Shown here: positions 62,414 to 64,000 of the stretch, piece after piece
Numbering within the stretch: position 1 is the first letter of the stretch
Layout: every line of letters begins with the position of its first letter
Assembly: GCA_964544755.1 (NCBI GenBank)
Contig: CAZJDL010000002.1
Coordinates: 2,470-66,469, forward strand
Reading direction: 5' to 3'
From: an uncultured Pseudomonadales bacterium
Lineage (GTDB): Bacteria > Pseudomonadota > Gammaproteobacteria > Pseudomonadales > JAUIET01
Length of the DNA stretch: 64,000 bases
Made by a program: the position numbers and the translations under genes
Notes under the pieces: generated by a model
Database searches by the model: none
Told to the model about the DNA's origin: nothing
What the model saw: only the letters and a program-made list of their open reading frames with translations

Positions 62414-63059
62414 TTTGCTCTGCCTCGCGCCGGCTGCTGCCTTCGCCCTGCACGGCGTTCGCCAGCAGGCTGATTTCGCACGCCACCACAAACCGCACCG
62501 CGTGGGCCGCGCCGCTTGTAGCGGCGACGCGGTACGCCGGTAGCGATTGTTGGCGGCCTTGCAATAGTTCCTGCAACTGAGTCTTGGGGTCTTTCTCCAC
62601 CGTCTGCGAGTCCAGTTTGGCCAGCCGACGGGCATATACACGCAGCAGAAAAGCTTCGGTCGCTGCATAGCCGGCATCGATATACAGCGCGCCGACCAGC
62701 GCTTCGAAGGCGTCGGCCAGGATGGAATCTCTTTTTCTGCCGCCGCTTTTCAACTCGCCCGAACCGAGGCGCAAATGCTCGGCCAGCCCCAGCTCGCGCG
62801 CCAGCTCCGCCAGCGTCACACCCTTGACCAGGCTGGCGCGCACGCGGCTTAGCTCGCCCTCGCGTAGCTCGGGAAACTGCTCGAACAGTTGTTGAGTGAT
62901 GATACAGTTGAGAATGGAGTCGCCAAGAAACTCCAAACGTTCGTTATGATTACCGCCAAAGCTACGGTGCGTGAGGGATTGCTGCAATAGCGCGCTGTCG
63001 TTAAAAGTATGACCGACGCGCGCAAGCAATGCCGCGCGCCGTGCGGAACCATCACTCAC
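62373..63059 (-). CDS. rnc: ribonuclease III
   Basis: 228 aa with the signature NERLEFLGDSIL and a dsRBD at the C-terminus. Confidence 0.96.
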   Translation of the reverse strand: MSDGSARRAALLARVGHTFNDSALLQQSLTHRSFGGNHNERLEFLGDSILNCIITQQLFEQFPELREGELSRVRASLVKGVTLAELARELGLAEHLRLGSGELKSGGRKRDSILADAFEALVGALYIDAGYAATEAFLLRVYARRLAKLDSQTVEKDPKTQLQELLQGRQQSLPAYRVAATSGAAHAVRFVVACEISLLANAVQGEGSSRREAEQNAARTALERLGQR

Positions 63060-63444
63060 CGGTTAGCGGCACCTCGAAACCAGTGTTAGGAAATTTAAGG
63101 ATGGTGTCGATATTAAACAACAAGGGCACTCGCACTTCATAGGGCGCACTAACCAGCAAGCGGCTTTTCTCACGCACAAACAGTACATCCTTGGGTTTTA
63201 TTTGATCGATTCGGTTCACCGTAAAGCGCCGATCCAACATGGCGCGAATGTGTCTTTTGTTCGCTTTGTTCGGCTCAAGTTCTTCCTTCACGCCCTGAAA
63301 GGCCTCGCGTATGGTCCAGTGATCGATATATACCGGCGCCAGTTTAATAAGGCAAATAATGACAAAAGCGCCCATGAATACCGCAAAGAGTAAGAGTAAA
63401 TCCAACGCGCCAGTTTGTCTTGTAAGTCTGTTCATCGCCAACAC
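63052..63444 (-). CDS. DUF4845-like small membrane-anchored protein
   Basis: 130 aa with a single N-terminal TM (ALDLLLLFAVFMGAFVIICLI). The conserved position between lepB and rnc matches Pseudomonas. Confidence 0.7.
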   Translation of the reverse strand: MLAMNRLTRQTGALDLLLLFAVFMGAFVIICLIKLAPVYIDHWTIREAFQGVKEELEPNKANKRHIRAMLDRRFTVNRIDQIKPKDVLFVREKSRLLVSAPYEVRVPLLFNIDTILKFPNTGFEVPLTGE

Positions 63445-63542
63445 CTGATTGCTTTATGCACAGCCGTAGACTGTGTTCATCTGTCAAAGTGTAGCTGAAT
63501 GTGGTGCGCCTTCCAGGTTTTGCTTCTGTAAAGGCTGCTCAT

Positions 63543-64000
63543 TCACTGAATCACGCCCACTCTTTTGAAGCTCGGCAGACTGGCAAACTTCTCCCAGTGC
63601 ATCCAGATGGCGAACGCTTTACCGACGATGTTCTGTTCCGGCACCTGGCCCCAGACTCGTGAATCCTGGCTGTTATCGCGGTTGTCGCCCATCATAAAAT
63701 AGTGATTTGGCCTGACTTTTACGGAAAAATTATCAGCATTTAAACGCTGCAAATGCTGCTGGACGCTATGCTCGATAGCACCGATTTGTTCCGTTGTTAA
63801 CCGCATTGTTGGCTGCCCGGGCGGCAATTCAGCCACCACGCTTTGCCGCATTTCCTCGCCATTGATAAACAGCGTTTTGTCGCGATACTCGATGTAATCG
63901 CCCGGCAGGCCAATCACCCGCTTGATAAAGTACTGTTTTTTATGTGGTGGAAAAAACACCATCACGTCGCCGCGCTGCGGGTCATTATTGTCCCATACTT
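63543..64000 (-). CDS. lepB: signal peptidase I, C-terminal part (gene continues beyond window end)
   Basis: YIKRVIGLPGD, YFMMGDNRDNSQDSRVWG and the C-terminal FKRVGVIQ. The reading frame stays open to the window edge. Confidence 0.92.
   Translation of the reverse strand, partial: VWDNNDPQRGDVMVFFPPHKKQYFIKRVIGLPGDYIEYRDKTLFINGEEMRQSVVAELPPGQPTMRLTTEQIGAIEHSVQQHLQRLNADNFSVKVRPNHYFMMGDNRDNSQDSRVWGQVPEQNIVGKAFAIWMHWEKFASLPSFKRVGVIQ

Overview
This 64-kb window comes from a gammaproteobacterial chromosome. The taxon is inferred from gene content and order, which closely parallel Pseudomonas-type core regions. GC looks mid to upper 50s % by eye.

Most of the roughly 60 genes are conserved housekeeping genes in canonical blocks:
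- hom-dsbC-xerD, then rplS-trmD-rimM-rpsP-ffh, then ypjD and a yfjD-like gene.
- tgt-queA, tRNA-Leu(CAA), then tilS-accA-dnaE-rnhB-lpxB-lpxA-fabZ-lpxD-skp-bamA-rseP-dxr-cdsA-uppS-frr-pyrH-tsf-rpsB.
- map-glnD-dapC-arsC-like-dapD-dapE, rsmJ, relA-cysM, and recO-era-rnc-DUF4845-lepB.

Several ORF-track entries are N-terminally over-extended. I re-placed those starts using homologous N-termini, RBS positions and 4-8 nt overlaps, several with TTG or GTG starts.

Accessory or unusual content:
1. A 2.9-kb islet (50404-53273) lies between convergent host genes. It holds a roughly 35-40 % GC cassette bounded by perfect 22-bp inverted repeats. Its single intact gene encodes a cytoplasmic SGNH-hydrolase / trypsin-like serine-protease fusion. 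The cassette is flanked by two permuted fragments of an IS200/RayT-like HUH transposase gene. This is my best candidate for an undescribed conflict or defence-type module.
2. A lower-GC pair encodes a divergent class III nucleotidyl-cyclase-like protein and an HD phosphohydrolase (42149-44588).
3. A GGA-motif-dense intergenic region (about 575-770) looks like a CsrB/Rsm-type CsrA-sponge sRNA.
4. A Fur-box-controlled heme uptake and utilisation cluster (53274-60570) carries an IsdG-type oxygenase and a translationally coupled 63-aa ORF.

No CRISPR array, rRNA, intact IS or prophage was seen. All family assignments come from reading the translations. No database search was possible.
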